A stretch of 34,365 bases of DNA. Source: Chloroflexota bacterium (GTDB lineage: Bacteria; Chloroflexota; Dehalococcoidia; Lucifugimonadales; Lucifugimonadaceae). The number at the start of each line of letters is the position of its first letter. The stretch's first letter is position 1. The position numbers and the translations under genes are program-made. The notes beneath the pieces were generated by a model, which saw nothing but the letters and a program-made list of their open reading frames with translations, was not told where the DNA came from and ran no database searches. Shown here piece by piece: positions 1 to 9,302 of the stretch. The DNA lies in the NCBI GenBank assembly GCA_029262715.1, contig JAJCYX010000397.1, positions 1-34,365 of the forward strand. Reading direction: 5' to 3'.

Positions 1-224
1 ACCTTGAGGCCGGCGCTGTGGCTGTCAGGTCGGTGGAAAATGTCCGGGAAGCCAGCGTCTCCGACCAGAGCATGAGCCTGATCGTGGATGACGTACGAAA
101 TGTGCTCCCGGAGCTTCTCGCAGCGTTGACGAAAGCCGGAGTGCTGGTCCGCAGCATCGACGTTAGCGAGCCCGATCTTGAGGCTGTGTTCCTCCACCTG
201 ACAGGGAAGGCGCTCAGGGACTGA
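1..224 (+). CDS. ABC transporter ATP-binding protein, C-terminal fragment (5' end off-window)
   Basis: The frame is open from the window edge to TGA at 222-224. The tail ...SIDVSEPDLEAVFLHLTGK is typical of the C-terminus of ABC-2/DrrA-type ATPases. The stop overlaps the ATG of the next permease gene (TGATG). Confidence 0.7.
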   Translation, partial: LEAGAVAVRSVENVREASVSDQSMSLIVDDVRNVLPELLAALTKAGVLVRSIDVSEPDLEAVFLHLTGKALRD

Positions 225-1396
225 TGCTTCGTGTTGCCCTGGCGATAACGGCAAAGGACCTGAGGCAGCGCCTGCGTGACAGGTCGGCACTTGTTCTGGC
301 CCTTGTCGTGCCTCTCGCACTCACCTTCATCTTCGCCCAGAGTCTGAGCGGAATCAGCGGTGATGATTTCACATTTGAATATGCGCTGGTGGATCTTGAT
401 GGAGGTCCGGTGACCGAAGGATTCCGGGCGGGGCTGCAACAGCTCGAAGGTGCAGGTGTTGTTGAGCTGAGGTTCGAGGAGACACGCAGTGAAGGGTTGC
501 AACTGGCGGGCGACGGTGATGTTCAGGCGACATTTATCGTTCCAGACGGCTTCTCTAACGCCATCACTACCAACCAGACTGCCGGGATCGAGGTGATCGG
601 CAATGTCGATGAGCAGATCGCAACATCGGTCGCTCAGTCGATCGCTGAAGGTTTCATAAGCGAGGTCCGAGCCGTGCAGACGTCCGTCGGGACCGCTGCA
701 CTGAACCTGGGAGACGTGGATTTCGTCTCGCTTGCGGAGCGAGCAGAGATGTTCCCCGATCCGATCTTTGTCGAAGACGTTTCGGCATCACGCAAAGAGC
801 TTGATCTCAATACTTTTTACGCCGCGGGAATGGCGGTCTTCTTCCTCTTTTTCACCGTTCAGTTCGGCATCACCGGTGTGCTCGAAGAAAGGAAAGAGGG
901 CACGATGCGCCGTTTGCTTGCGGCACCCGCGCCGAAAGGTGCGATTCTGCTGGGGAAGCTGCTCACCGGCTTCATCCTGGGCATCGTCAGCATGGCAGTG
1001 CTGGCAACCGCCTCGACATACCTGCTGGACGCTGACTGGGGGAGCGCGGTCGGCGTTGGCATCTTGATAGTCATAGGTGTGATCGCCGCCGTTGCGATCA
1101 CCGCTCTGATCGCATCCTTCGCCAACACGCTGGAGCAGGCAGGAAGCGCGCAGTCGGTGGTGGCCCTGGTGTTCGGCATGCTCGGCGGGGCTTTCTTTCC
1201 CGTTGCCCAGGCAGGCGGCGTAATCCAGAAGCTCAGCCTGATCACCCCTCACGCCTGGTTCCTACGCGGCCTCAGCGACCTGCAAAGTGAAGGCGAGATC
1301 GTCGATATCTGGCCCTCTGTAGTTGCACTGCTCGTGTTCACCGTGGTGACCGGTTCACTTGCGGCTACCCGACTGGGAAAGACGGTGCGGCCTTGA
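224..1396 (+). CDS. ABC-2 type transporter permease
   Basis: 390 aa. One N-terminal TM helix, a large soluble loop, then a cluster of C-terminal TM helices. ITPHAWF motif near the end. Coupled to the upstream ATPase gene and the downstream paralog. Confidence 0.8.
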   Translation: MLRVALAITAKDLRQRLRDRSALVLALVVPLALTFIFAQSLSGISGDDFTFEYALVDLDGGPVTEGFRAGLQQLEGAGVVELRFEETRSEGLQLAGDGDVQATFIVPDGFSNAITTNQTAGIEVIGNVDEQIATSVAQSIAEGFISEVRAVQTSVGTAALNLGDVDFVSLAERAEMFPDPIFVEDVSASRKELDLNTFYAAGMAVFFLFFTVQFGITGVLEERKEGTMRRLLAAPAPKGAILLGKLLTGFILGIVSMAVLATASTYLLDADWGSAVGVGILIVIGVIAAVAITALIASFANTLEQAGSAQSVVALVFGMLGGAFFPVAQAGGVIQKLSLITPHAWFLRGLSDLQSEGEIVDIWPSVVALLVFTVVTGSLAATRLGKTVRP

Positions 1397-2553
1397 AGTC
1401 GATCATCATCGCCGGTTACAACCTGCGTCGCCTGTTCAGAGACAGGTCGAACATCTTCTTCGTCATCATCCTGCCGATGATGCTGATCCTGCTGATCGGT
1501 TCGGTTTTTGGCGGAGGCTTCACCCCGGAAGTGGCCGTCTTCGATGCGTCTGACGATCCACGAAGCCGAAATATTGTCACTGCACTCCGGGAAGTGGAAG
1601 ACATAAAGATAAAAATTGTCTGGAGCGAAGACGATGTGGTTGATGCGGTGAGCCGGGGCGAGGTGCAGGCGGGTCTCGTGATTCCGTCGGGTATAACGAC
1701 ACAGGCTGAAGGAGGCCAGCCTGTCGCTGTCCGGTACTTCGGCAGGCAGGACACCCTGGCGCCGCAGTTACGGTCCACCGTGAACGCCATTGTGGCGCGT
1801 GAGAGCGCGGTGCTGCGTGCAGCGCTGTTTACGCAGAGTGAAGCCGGAACTCCGCTCGACGAGGCGACGCAACAGGCAGAGATCGTTCTTCAGAGCCTGC
1901 CCGAGCTGACCGTGGTTCTCAGTACCGTCGGTGAGGACCTGATAACTGATACAGACGGTTTCGATGCGAGCGCATCGGCAGAACTTTTGTTGTTCGTGTT
2001 CCTGACATCACTTACCGGTTCAGTGGCGCTGATCGAGACGCGAAACCTCGGGATCTCGAGGCGAATGCTTTCGACGCCCACCTCGGCACGCGCCTTGCTG
2101 TTTGGCGAAGCGCTCGGGCGGTACTCGGTCGGCCTGCTACAGGGGCTGATCATCATGGGAGGCTCCGCACTGCTGTTCGGGGTGGGTTGGGGGAACCCGG
2201 TCGCTGCGGTGCTGATCATGCTGCTGTTTGCGTTGGTGGGCGCGGGAGCGGGCATGCTGGTTGGAAGCGTGTTGACGAGCGAACAGCAGGCGCTTTCGGT
2301 GGGACTTCTGGTTGGGCTCGGCGGCGCGGCGATCGGTGGGAGCATGGTGCCGCTGGAGATCTTCCCAGACGTACTCCGAACTATTGCTCACGTGACCCCA
2401 CACGCCTGGGGTAACGACGCGTTCGCAACGCTTTTGCAGGATGGCGGTGGCGTTGCGGACATTGGGAAGGAACTTGGGATCCTGGCTGCCTACGCCGCAG
2501 GTCTGCTCCTGATATCAAGCTGGCTGTTCAGGCGGAAGATCACAGCCGGTTGA
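1393..2553 (+). CDS. ABC-2 type transporter permease (paralog of the previous gene)
   Basis: 386 aa with the same topology as the preceding permease and a VTPHAWG motif. TTG start overlaps the upstream stop (TTGA). Confidence 0.8.
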   Translation: MKSIIIAGYNLRRLFRDRSNIFFVIILPMMLILLIGSVFGGGFTPEVAVFDASDDPRSRNIVTALREVEDIKIKIVWSEDDVVDAVSRGEVQAGLVIPSGITTQAEGGQPVAVRYFGRQDTLAPQLRSTVNAIVARESAVLRAALFTQSEAGTPLDEATQQAEIVLQSLPELTVVLSTVGEDLITDTDGFDASASAELLLFVFLTSLTGSVALIETRNLGISRRMLSTPTSARALLFGEALGRYSVGLLQGLIIMGGSALLFGVGWGNPVAAVLIMLLFALVGAGAGMLVGSVLTSEQQALSVGLLVGLGGAAIGGSMVPLEIFPDVLRTIAHVTPHAWGNDAFATLLQDGGGVADIGKELGILAAYAAGLLLISSWLFRRKITAG

Positions 2554-2559
2554 GTTTTC

Positions 2560-3723
2560 TCACTTCAGGTAGTCCAATGCGGACCGCACGAATATCTCGG
2601 TTCCAATCGGCAGGCAGTCTTCGTCGAAATCGAATCTCGCGTTGTGGTGGCCTTCCGTGCCCTCCTTCGCCGCGCCGAGCAGGAAGTAGGTTCCGGGGAT
2701 TCGGTTCAGGAACTCTGCCATGTCATCGCCAACGCTCACCGGCGGCGACTCGTCCACGCTCTCCTCACCTGCAACCTGCGCCGCAATCCCGGAGACCCAA
2801 TTCGCCACACCCGGGTTGTTGATCACCGGCGGTGCGCCGTACAGGTGTTCGAGGCTGGCAGTCCCTCGCATGGCTGATGCAACGTTGGCGGTGATGCGAC
2901 GCAGCGAGTCGAATATCTGCTCCCGCACTTCCGGTATGTATGCCCTAACAGTTCCCTCCACGACCACATTGTCTGCGATCACGTTCGGAGCGCTACCGCC
3001 GTGTATCTGGCCGAACGTGACCACGCCCATCTCGTTCGGTGACAACTCCCGGCTGACGATGGTCTGCGCTGTCGAAACGATCTGCGCCGCCATCGCCACA
3101 GGATCAACGGTCATGTGCGGCATGGCGCCGTGTCCGCCTTTCCCGGTGACCTCAATGCGAATGGCGTCTGCGCTGGCAAAAACGGTGCCGCGGTTGACTC
3201 CGACGAACCCGGTTGGCAACTGATTCCAGAGGTGTGTGCCGATCACGCGGTCGGACTGCCAACGGTCGAAAAGGCCGTCCTGCTCCATGGCAAGTGCGCC
3301 GGTGACGATTTCCTCAGCGGGTTGAAATGCGAAAACCACCCGGCCTTTGAGCCGGTCCTTCATGGGTGCCAGCAACTCGGCGGCCGCGACGGCCATCGTT
3401 ATGTGCCCGTCGTGACCGCATGCGTGCATCACACCGTTCTCGGATGCGAACTCCAGCCCGGTTTTTTCGATCACCGGCAGTCCGTCGATATCAGCCCTGA
3501 CCATGAGCGAGGGACCGTCGGATGAGCCGTTCAAGACACCAACCACGCCGGTCTGACCGATTCCGGTGTGAACCTCTAGCCCGGCCGCTTTAAGCCGGTC
3601 GGCAATATAGGCCGCTGTGGCGGTCTCTTTGAAGCCGGTCTCAGGCATGGCATGCAGCTTGCGCCGCATCGCAACGATGTCTGTGAGCTTGCTCTGGACG
3701 GACTCTCGAACTGGATCAGGCAT
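2560..3723 (-). CDS. M20/M20D family amidohydrolase (N-acyl-amino-acid / hippurate hydrolase-like)
   Basis: Motifs MRRKLHAMPETGF, HACGHDGH, FQPAEE and GGHGAMPH are typical of M20D peptidases. I place the start at the internal ATG (MPDPVRES...) because the longer ORF-track extension to 3849 runs through an intergenic repeat arm. Confidence 0.85.
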   Translation of the reverse strand: MPDPVRESVQSKLTDIVAMRRKLHAMPETGFKETATAAYIADRLKAAGLEVHTGIGQTGVVGVLNGSSDGPSLMVRADIDGLPVIEKTGLEFASENGVMHACGHDGHITMAVAAAELLAPMKDRLKGRVVFAFQPAEEIVTGALAMEQDGLFDRWQSDRVIGTHLWNQLPTGFVGVNRGTVFASADAIRIEVTGKGGHGAMPHMTVDPVAMAAQIVSTAQTIVSRELSPNEMGVVTFGQIHGGSAPNVIADNVVVEGTVRAYIPEVREQIFDSLRRITANVASAMRGTASLEHLYGAPPVINNPGVANWVSGIAAQVAGEESVDESPPVSVGDDMAEFLNRIPGTYFLLGAAKEGTEGHHNARFDFDEDCLPIGTEIFVRSALDYLK

Positions 3724-3783
3724 GTGCAGGTCTCCGTGGAGTTGTGAATCTCCCTCACTCTTGATGGGAGAGGGTGAAGATTT

Positions 3784-4130
3784 GTCATCCCGACCATCGC
3801 GGAGGGATCTTACCGTACAACGTGAGATCACCAACACACTCTGAATCAATCCGTTCGGCTTCGCTCAGGACAAAGTCGGCTCTGCCGACAAGATCGTTAG
3901 AAGCTGTGTGGAGGCGGTAAATCTACCTCCCAGATTCAGGTGCCCTCTGGGCGCGAGTCAGAGGGTGGGTCGCCCGTGCAAGTGAGTCACGTTGGTCTTT
4001 CGAGCCGAAACGACCTTCTCCTAAATTGGGAGAGGCGATTGGGCGAATTTTCATCGAAGCCAACTTAATCCAGAATCTCTCAGTTGGCCTCATGAATACG
4101 GTCAGATCCCTCCGCTTTGGTCGGGATGAC
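3784..4130. repeat. Composite hairpin-rich intergenic repeat with terminal inverted arms (MITE/REP-like), copy 1
   Basis: GTCATCCCGACCATCGCGGAGGGATCT (3784-3810) is 25/27 complementary to AGATCCCTCCGCTTTGGTCGGGATGAC (4104-4130). The internal sub-motifs from 3960 on recur in the same order at 7905-8145. Confidence 0.5.
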
Positions 4131-4189
4131 ACGGCTATCGGTCTCTGGTAGCCGGAGTCTAGCACCGGCTGCTGTTAAACTCCGGCCGC

Positions 4190-4846
4190 ATGAGCCGGTC
4201 TCTCCCTTTATTCCCCCTGGACATGGTCCTGTTCCCTGGCGCAGTAGCGGCGCTCCAGATATTCGAGCCGCGTTACCGGGAGATGCTGCGGGACTGCATG
4301 GCCGACGACCGCAGGTTCGGCATCGTCCTGATCAAGAGCGGCACAGACACAGGACCCACGGCCGAGCCATTCAAGGTCGGCACAGTTGCGCACATCACCG
4401 AAATAGGAGCGCCGCGTCGTGGCGCCATTCCAATCACAGTCGTCGGAGAGTCCCGCTTTCGTTTGATCGAGGAGAGCCGGGTCAGGCCCTACCTGAGCGC
4501 AACGGTGGATGTGCTGGAAGACGACCCTGAGGACATGGCGTCGGACGAGATCGCGTTGGCGTCGCATGATTCAACACGCCGGTATCTCGGAACGTTGCTG
4601 GCCTCGCAGGGCGTCTACAGGGCTGAGCCCGAAATCCCGGCCGATCCGGTGAAGTTGTCGTACTACATGGGGATGATTGCGACATCTGCATCGAACCGGT
4701 CTTTACAGAGGTTGCTCGAGCCGGAGCGGCTGGGCGACAGGCTGCAGGCGGGAATTGCGATGCTGGAGGAGGAGGCGGACCGCCTGCGAGAGGCGTTCAT
4801 GCGGTCCGGTCCGGGAAGAGAGAGGTCGCTGTTTTCGAGTAATTGA
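4190..4846 (+). CDS. LON peptidase N-terminal (substrate-binding) domain protein
   Basis: LPLFPLDMVLFPGAVAALQIFEPRYREML is the canonical start of the Lon N-terminal / PUA-like domain. 218 aa, with no ATPase or protease domain. Confidence 0.8.
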   Translation: MSRSLPLFPLDMVLFPGAVAALQIFEPRYREMLRDCMADDRRFGIVLIKSGTDTGPTAEPFKVGTVAHITEIGAPRRGAIPITVVGESRFRLIEESRVRPYLSATVDVLEDDPEDMASDEIALASHDSTRRYLGTLLASQGVYRAEPEIPADPVKLSYYMGMIATSASNRSLQRLLEPERLGDRLQAGIAMLEEEADRLREAFMRSGPGRERSLFSSN

Positions 4847-4870
4847 CGCTGGAGGGAGATTACGTTGGCG

Positions 4871-5371
4871 ATGTATCACGAGCCCGGCGAACTGGTTGTG
4901 CTCCGCAACTACCATCCTGATCTGGGTACCGAACGAGGCTCGGTTGCCAGGGTCGTCGAGGACAGCAGCGAGCGGACCGTTCTCTACATCGCCGCCGGTA
5001 GCGGTTACAAGCAGGTGATCTGGACGGGCAATGCGCCGCCTGAGGCAAGCCAGGTCGGCAAGTTCCGGGATGGTGTTTGGTCTCGCTACAGCGTGCTGCG
5101 AATCATGTATCCCGGCGTCCCGTACTCAATCTGGAAGATGTGGCGCGCGGACGATGGCAGCTTCGTCCGCTGGTACGTGAACCTCGAATCGCCCTTTGAG
5201 CGGGCTCAGTACGGCTTCGATGTGATCGATTACGAGCTCGACATCGTCGTAAATCCTGATTGGACCGGGGAGTGGAAGGACGAGGACGCCCTTGCGAGGC
5301 TGGTTGAGGTCGGTGTGTTCAACAGGGATCAGTCGACAGATTTCAAGCAGTACGGGCTGGGTGCCCTGTAA
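4871..5371 (+). CDS. DUF402 domain protein (FomD / nucleoside di/triphosphatase-like)
   Basis: RWYVNLESPF...VIDYELDIVVNPDW..WKDEDAL matches the DUF402 core. The ATG at 4871 is preferred over the TTG at 4865. Confidence 0.7.
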   Translation: MYHEPGELVVLRNYHPDLGTERGSVARVVEDSSERTVLYIAAGSGYKQVIWTGNAPPEASQVGKFRDGVWSRYSVLRIMYPGVPYSIWKMWRADDGSFVRWYVNLESPFERAQYGFDVIDYELDIVVNPDWTGEWKDEDALARLVEVGVFNRDQSTDFKQYGLGAL

Positions 5372-5546
5372 AGAGTGGAGAATCGTTCCGAGCCGTTTAA
5401 TGAGCCGTGGCCCGAGTGGCGGCCAGACCCGTCCTGGGGACCGCTGAAGATGCCGGAAGACGAATCACGGTTAATCTGAGATAAAGAGCGGGCGCCGGCA
5501 TGATGATGACAGCGCCCGCAACCGGTCAGATTCCAATAAGTCGAAC

Positions 5547-6575
5547 CTACGTTGCGTAGTTGCCTTCTCTGGCTGCGGCGTTTGCCCTGCCCCGCTCCTG
5601 GAACGCTGCCTGTGCTGCCGGGATGTTCTCCGGATTGCCTGCCCACGCCTTCTGCGGTGCAGCCTGCAGACCGCGGCCGTACGAGTAAGTGAGTTGCCAG
5701 GGAGCGCCGTGCGCCTTGCCATACTTTGCGATGGCGTCGAGGTTCACCGTGGCTTCTTCGTCACCCTGTCCACCGGACAGGAATGCGATTCCCGGCACTG
5801 CGGCCGGTACCGTGCGAAGGAAGCAATTTACTGTTAGCTCGGCGACCTCAGCCGCGCTCGCCCGGTTTGCAGCGTCCTTGCCTGAGAGAACCATATTTGG
5901 CTTTAGAACAATGCCCTCAAGCGAGACTCGATGGCTGAGCAGCTCATCGAACGTTCGACGCAGCGTTAGCTCCGTTACCTCGTGGCAACGGTCGATCGAG
6001 TGGTCGCCGTCCATCAGCACCTCGGGTTCCACTATCGGGACCAGGCCTGCTTCCTGCGCCAGGGCAGCGTAGCGTGCCAACGCATGAGCATTGGTGTCGA
6101 TGGCGCAGTCCGTCGGGATATCTTTGCCAATGTTGATGACGGCGCGCCACTTGGTAAATCTTGCGCCCTGCTCGCGATAGGTGTTCAGCCGGTCTCGAAG
6201 GCCGTCGAGACCTTCCGTGATCACTTCGCCCGGAGCGCCCGCCAGCGCGTGGGTGCTCTTGTCAACCTTGACGCCGGGAATTACGCCTTTTCGGTTGAGC
6301 ATCTCGACAAAGCTCGTGCCATCGCCTGATTTCTGTGCCAGCGTTTCTTCGAAGAGGATCACACCGCTGATATAGTCGCCTATGTCCGATGTCGAAAAGA
6401 GAGCGCCACGATACTGCTTTCGGTTCTCTTCCGTGTTCTCGACACCGATAGCGTCGAACCGCTTCGCAATGGTGCCCGTGCTCTCATCAGCCGCAAGGAT
6501 TCCCTTGCCAGGCTGCACCATGGCAGCAGCGGTCTCGTGAAGGGATGTGGCGGGAGCTACCGTTTCTGTAGCCAT
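5547..6575 (-). CDS. fba: Fructose-bisphosphate aldolase, class I
   Basis: 342 aa. GKGILAADESTGTIAKRFD, LEGIVLKPNMV (Schiff-base Lys region) and the C-terminal ...YAT are hallmarks of eukaryote-type class I aldolase. Confidence 0.9.
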   Translation of the reverse strand: MATETVAPATSLHETAAAMVQPGKGILAADESTGTIAKRFDAIGVENTEENRKQYRGALFSTSDIGDYISGVILFEETLAQKSGDGTSFVEMLNRKGVIPGVKVDKSTHALAGAPGEVITEGLDGLRDRLNTYREQGARFTKWRAVINIGKDIPTDCAIDTNAHALARYAALAQEAGLVPIVEPEVLMDGDHSIDRCHEVTELTLRRTFDELLSHRVSLEGIVLKPNMVLSGKDAANRASAAEVAELTVNCFLRTVPAAVPGIAFLSGGQGDEEATVNLDAIAKYGKAHGAPWQLTYSYGRGLQAAPQKAWAGNPENIPAAQAAFQERGRANAAAREGNYAT

Positions 6576-6846
6576 TTGATATGTCCTCCGTCCGATGGAA
6601 GGCCGTGCGATGCACTGGCAAGAGTACCCACAGTGTTATGGGATAATTGTTCCCAAAGATTAGGCCAACTGCCGTCTGCGGACAATGCCCAATTACCCGA
6701 TCTGTTCGCACCATCGGGCTAATCTCATGTTGTACTTACGGTTCACCCACCGGTAACCGCCTGTAACGTGATATGTACGTGTAGTCGCGTAACCTGATCG
6801 CCTGATTTGACCGATTTGAGGCCGATTTCGAGTTAGGGAAGAGAAG

Positions 6847-7827
6847 ATGCCGCAGAGAACGTTGACCATCACCCAGTTCATTCTCGAACGAGAGCGTGAC
6901 CATCCACAGGCGACGGGCGATTTCACGGCGCTACTGAACGCCATTGCACTGGCCGGCAAGCGCATATCTGTGGATGTGAACCGCGCCGGGCTGACTGACA
7001 TCATCGGTCGCACCGGCGAGATTAACGTTCAGGACGAACAGGTCCAGAAGCTGGACACAATCGCCAATACCCAGTTTGTCACTGCGCTGACGCCAACTGG
7101 TCTTGTCTGCGCTATCGGCTCGGAAGAGGTAGAAGAACCGATCCCGATTGAGCACGGCGAGGATGGCCGTTACGTGGTCCTCTTTGATCCTCTTGATGGC
7201 TCGTCGAACATCGATGTCGCCGCGCCGATTGGGACAATCTTCTCCATCTATCGCCGAAAGACAGCTCCCGGATCAGGCTCGAACGCGCTGGAGGACATGC
7301 TCCAGCCGGGACGTGATCTTGAAGCTGCCGGATACGTGCTCTACGGCTCTTCGACCATGATGGCTTACTCGACCGGTTCGGGCGTTCACCTGTTTACGCT
7401 CGACCCAGCGATTGGCGAATTTATCCTGACCGACTCCGACCTGAGGGACGATGGAGGGGCGAAGGTCTATTCGACGAACGAAGGGAATTCGTCTCGTTGG
7501 AACCAGGTTGACATCGACTGGGTGGGACAATTGAAATCCGAGGGTTACTCGGCCCGCTACATCGGGGCGCTGGTGGCCGATTTTCACCGCAACCTGCTGC
7601 GTGGAGGGATCTTCGCCTATCCGGGAGACAGCAAGTCGCCAAACGGCAAGCTGCGTTTGCTGTACGAGGCGGCACCGCTCTCCTTTGTGATCGAGCAGGC
7701 AGGCGGCAAAGCGACAGACGGCAGGCAGCGCATCCTGGACATCGTTCCAACTGAGCTTCACCAGCGGACACCGCTCTACATCGGTAGCGCGAATGAGGTA
7801 GACCGAATCCTGGCAATGCGGTCGTAG
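6847..7827 (+). CDS. fbp: Fructose-1,6-bisphosphatase, class 1
   Basis: 326 aa. TLTQFILE...ATGDFTALL, FDPLDGSSNID, GKLRLLYEAAP and the EQAGG motif. Divergent from fba. Confidence 0.9.
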   Translation: MPQRTLTITQFILERERDHPQATGDFTALLNAIALAGKRISVDVNRAGLTDIIGRTGEINVQDEQVQKLDTIANTQFVTALTPTGLVCAIGSEEVEEPIPIEHGEDGRYVVLFDPLDGSSNIDVAAPIGTIFSIYRRKTAPGSGSNALEDMLQPGRDLEAAGYVLYGSSTMMAYSTGSGVHLFTLDPAIGEFILTDSDLRDDGGAKVYSTNEGNSSRWNQVDIDWVGQLKSEGYSARYIGALVADFHRNLLRGGIFAYPGDSKSPNGKLRLLYEAAPLSFVIEQAGGKATDGRQRILDIVPTELHQRTPLYIGSANEVDRILAMRS

Positions 7828-7833
7828 GCTGCG

Positions 7834-7863
7834 AATTCGAGGAAGGTTGTCGGTGCTCGAATT
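7834..7863 (+). terminator. Possible hairpin terminator downstream of fbp
   Basis: AATTCGAG (7834-7841) pairs with CTCGAATT (7856-7863) around a 14-nt loop, followed by a weak T-containing tract (GTTCGTTCGG). Confidence 0.3.
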
Positions 7864-7904
7864 GTTCGTTCGGCGGATTTTCCCTCACTGCCAGGGAGGG
7901 AGTT

Positions 7905-8145
7905 AGAGGGTGGGTTGCTCAGTCTATGAGATCAACTTGATCTTCGGCACGAAACGACCCTCACCCTGACCCTCTCCCAATCTGGGAGAGAGGATAGCTG
8001 TCACGACGGACGGTTCTGTCATTCTGAACTTGATTCAGAATCTCTCGGGCGAGCCTGCATAAACGGTAGAGTGGTTCGCATATTGCTCGAAAGAGCCGGC
8101 TCAGTGTTGTGCCCAGTAAGATCTCTCCGCTACGGTCGAGATGAC
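7905..8145. repeat. Composite hairpin-rich intergenic repeat, copy 2
   Basis: It has the same order of sub-motifs as 3960-4130: AGAGGGTGGGT; CGAAACGACC..CTCTCCCAATCTGGGAGAG (palindromic); GTCATTCTGAACTTGATTCAGAATCTC (8018-8044); AGATCTCTCCGCTACGGTCGAGATGAC (8119-8145). Confidence 0.55.
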
Positions 8146-8214
8146 AAACGTGGCCGCATCACAAACCCGGTTCAAGATGACCGAACGTTATCCACTGACA
8201 ATTGAGGAACATCT

Positions 8215-9198
8215 ATGACGATCGTTGCGCTGCTGGCCAACCTGACCACGTCCGAACATCGCGGTCGCTGGGAACTGATGCAGAATCTGGCGCCGGAGGG
8301 CATCGAGACACGGCTGATCAATCCGACTCTGTCCCGTGGTGAGTTGATCGAGGCTCTGCAGGGCATCAGTGCAGTGATTCCGTGGCTGGCGAGGGTCCCG
8401 GTCGACCTGGCGAGCGAGTGCAAGGACCTCAGGCTGGTTCAGCTGCTCACCGCCGGTTTCGACATCGTGGACGTCGGTGGGCTGGGTGAGCTTGGCATCA
8501 AGGTGGCGAACAACGGCGGCTCCAACGCCATCTCAGTCTCTGAACATGCGATGTCGCTGATGCTGTCGGTCTACCGACGCCTCATGGACTCGTGGGAAAA
8601 CACTCGAAAGGGGAACTGGCGGGACGGTATTGACCAGTTGCCTTTCCGGAGCGAGATCAACGGGAAGACGGTTGGGATAATCGGATTCGGGAACATCGGC
8701 AGACAGGTCGCACGGCGGCTCCAGGGCTGGGACGTGGAGCTGCTGTATCACGATGTGGTCGAGCTGATGCCGGGGCGGGATGCCGAGCTTGGCGCGGTAG
8801 CAACGCCGCTGGACGAGCTGCTGACGCGGTCTGACATCGTGACGGCGCATGTGCCGCTGAACAGCTCAACCCGCGGCATGTTCAGCGATCGAGAGTTTGG
8901 CCTGATGAAGAAGAGCGCTTTATTCATCAACACCTGTCGCGGTCCGGTCCACGATGAGGCGGCGCTTATTAAGGCGCTGCAGGCCGGTGAGATCGCCGGA
9001 GCAGGGCTGGATGTGCTTGAGAAGGAGCCGACCGACCCGTCGAACCCGCTGCTTCACATGGAGAACGTGGTGGTCACGCCGCACTGGGCCGGTGGAACGG
9101 CCGAGGGCAACGAACGGGCGCTGCGTTTCGCAATGTCCAACTTTCAGCGCCTGGCAGAGGACAGAAAACTGCTGTCCGTTGTTGAGCCGGTGGAGTAG
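8215..9198 (+). CDS. D-isomer-specific 2-hydroxyacid dehydrogenase family protein (NAD-binding)
   Basis: GKTVGIIGFGNIGRQVARRL Rossmann motif, the catalytic region ...INTCRGPVHDEAAL... and VVVTPHWAG. GAGGA RBS 7 nt upstream of the ATG. Confidence 0.85.
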   Translation: MTIVALLANLTTSEHRGRWELMQNLAPEGIETRLINPTLSRGELIEALQGISAVIPWLARVPVDLASECKDLRLVQLLTAGFDIVDVGGLGELGIKVANNGGSNAISVSEHAMSLMLSVYRRLMDSWENTRKGNWRDGIDQLPFRSEINGKTVGIIGFGNIGRQVARRLQGWDVELLYHDVVELMPGRDAELGAVATPLDELLTRSDIVTAHVPLNSSTRGMFSDREFGLMKKSALFINTCRGPVHDEAALIKALQAGEIAGAGLDVLEKEPTDPSNPLLHMENVVVTPHWAGGTAEGNERALRFAMSNFQRLAEDRKLLSVVEPVE

Positions 9199-9207
9199 GA
9201 AAGTTTT

Positions 9208-9234
9208 GTCATTCTGAACTTGATTCAGAATCTC
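9208..9234. repeat. Solo 27-nt hairpin repeat between convergent genes (possible bidirectional terminator)
   Basis: GTCATTCTGAACTTGATTCAGAATCTC is identical to 8018-8044. It has an 8-bp stem (ATTCTGAA/TTCAGAAT) and a 5-nt loop. Confidence 0.6.
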
Positions 9235-9302
9235 CTTGAGACCGGTTCACGGGAGATGCTGAATCAAGTTCGGAATGACGAGCCGCCTATCGCGACGCCC
9301 CT

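Noticed and set aside
3724-3849. N-terminal 42-aa extension of the amidohydrolase ORF
   Set aside because: The extension is encoded by one arm of the intergenic inverted repeat (3784-3810). The M20 homology starts after the internal ATG at 3723.
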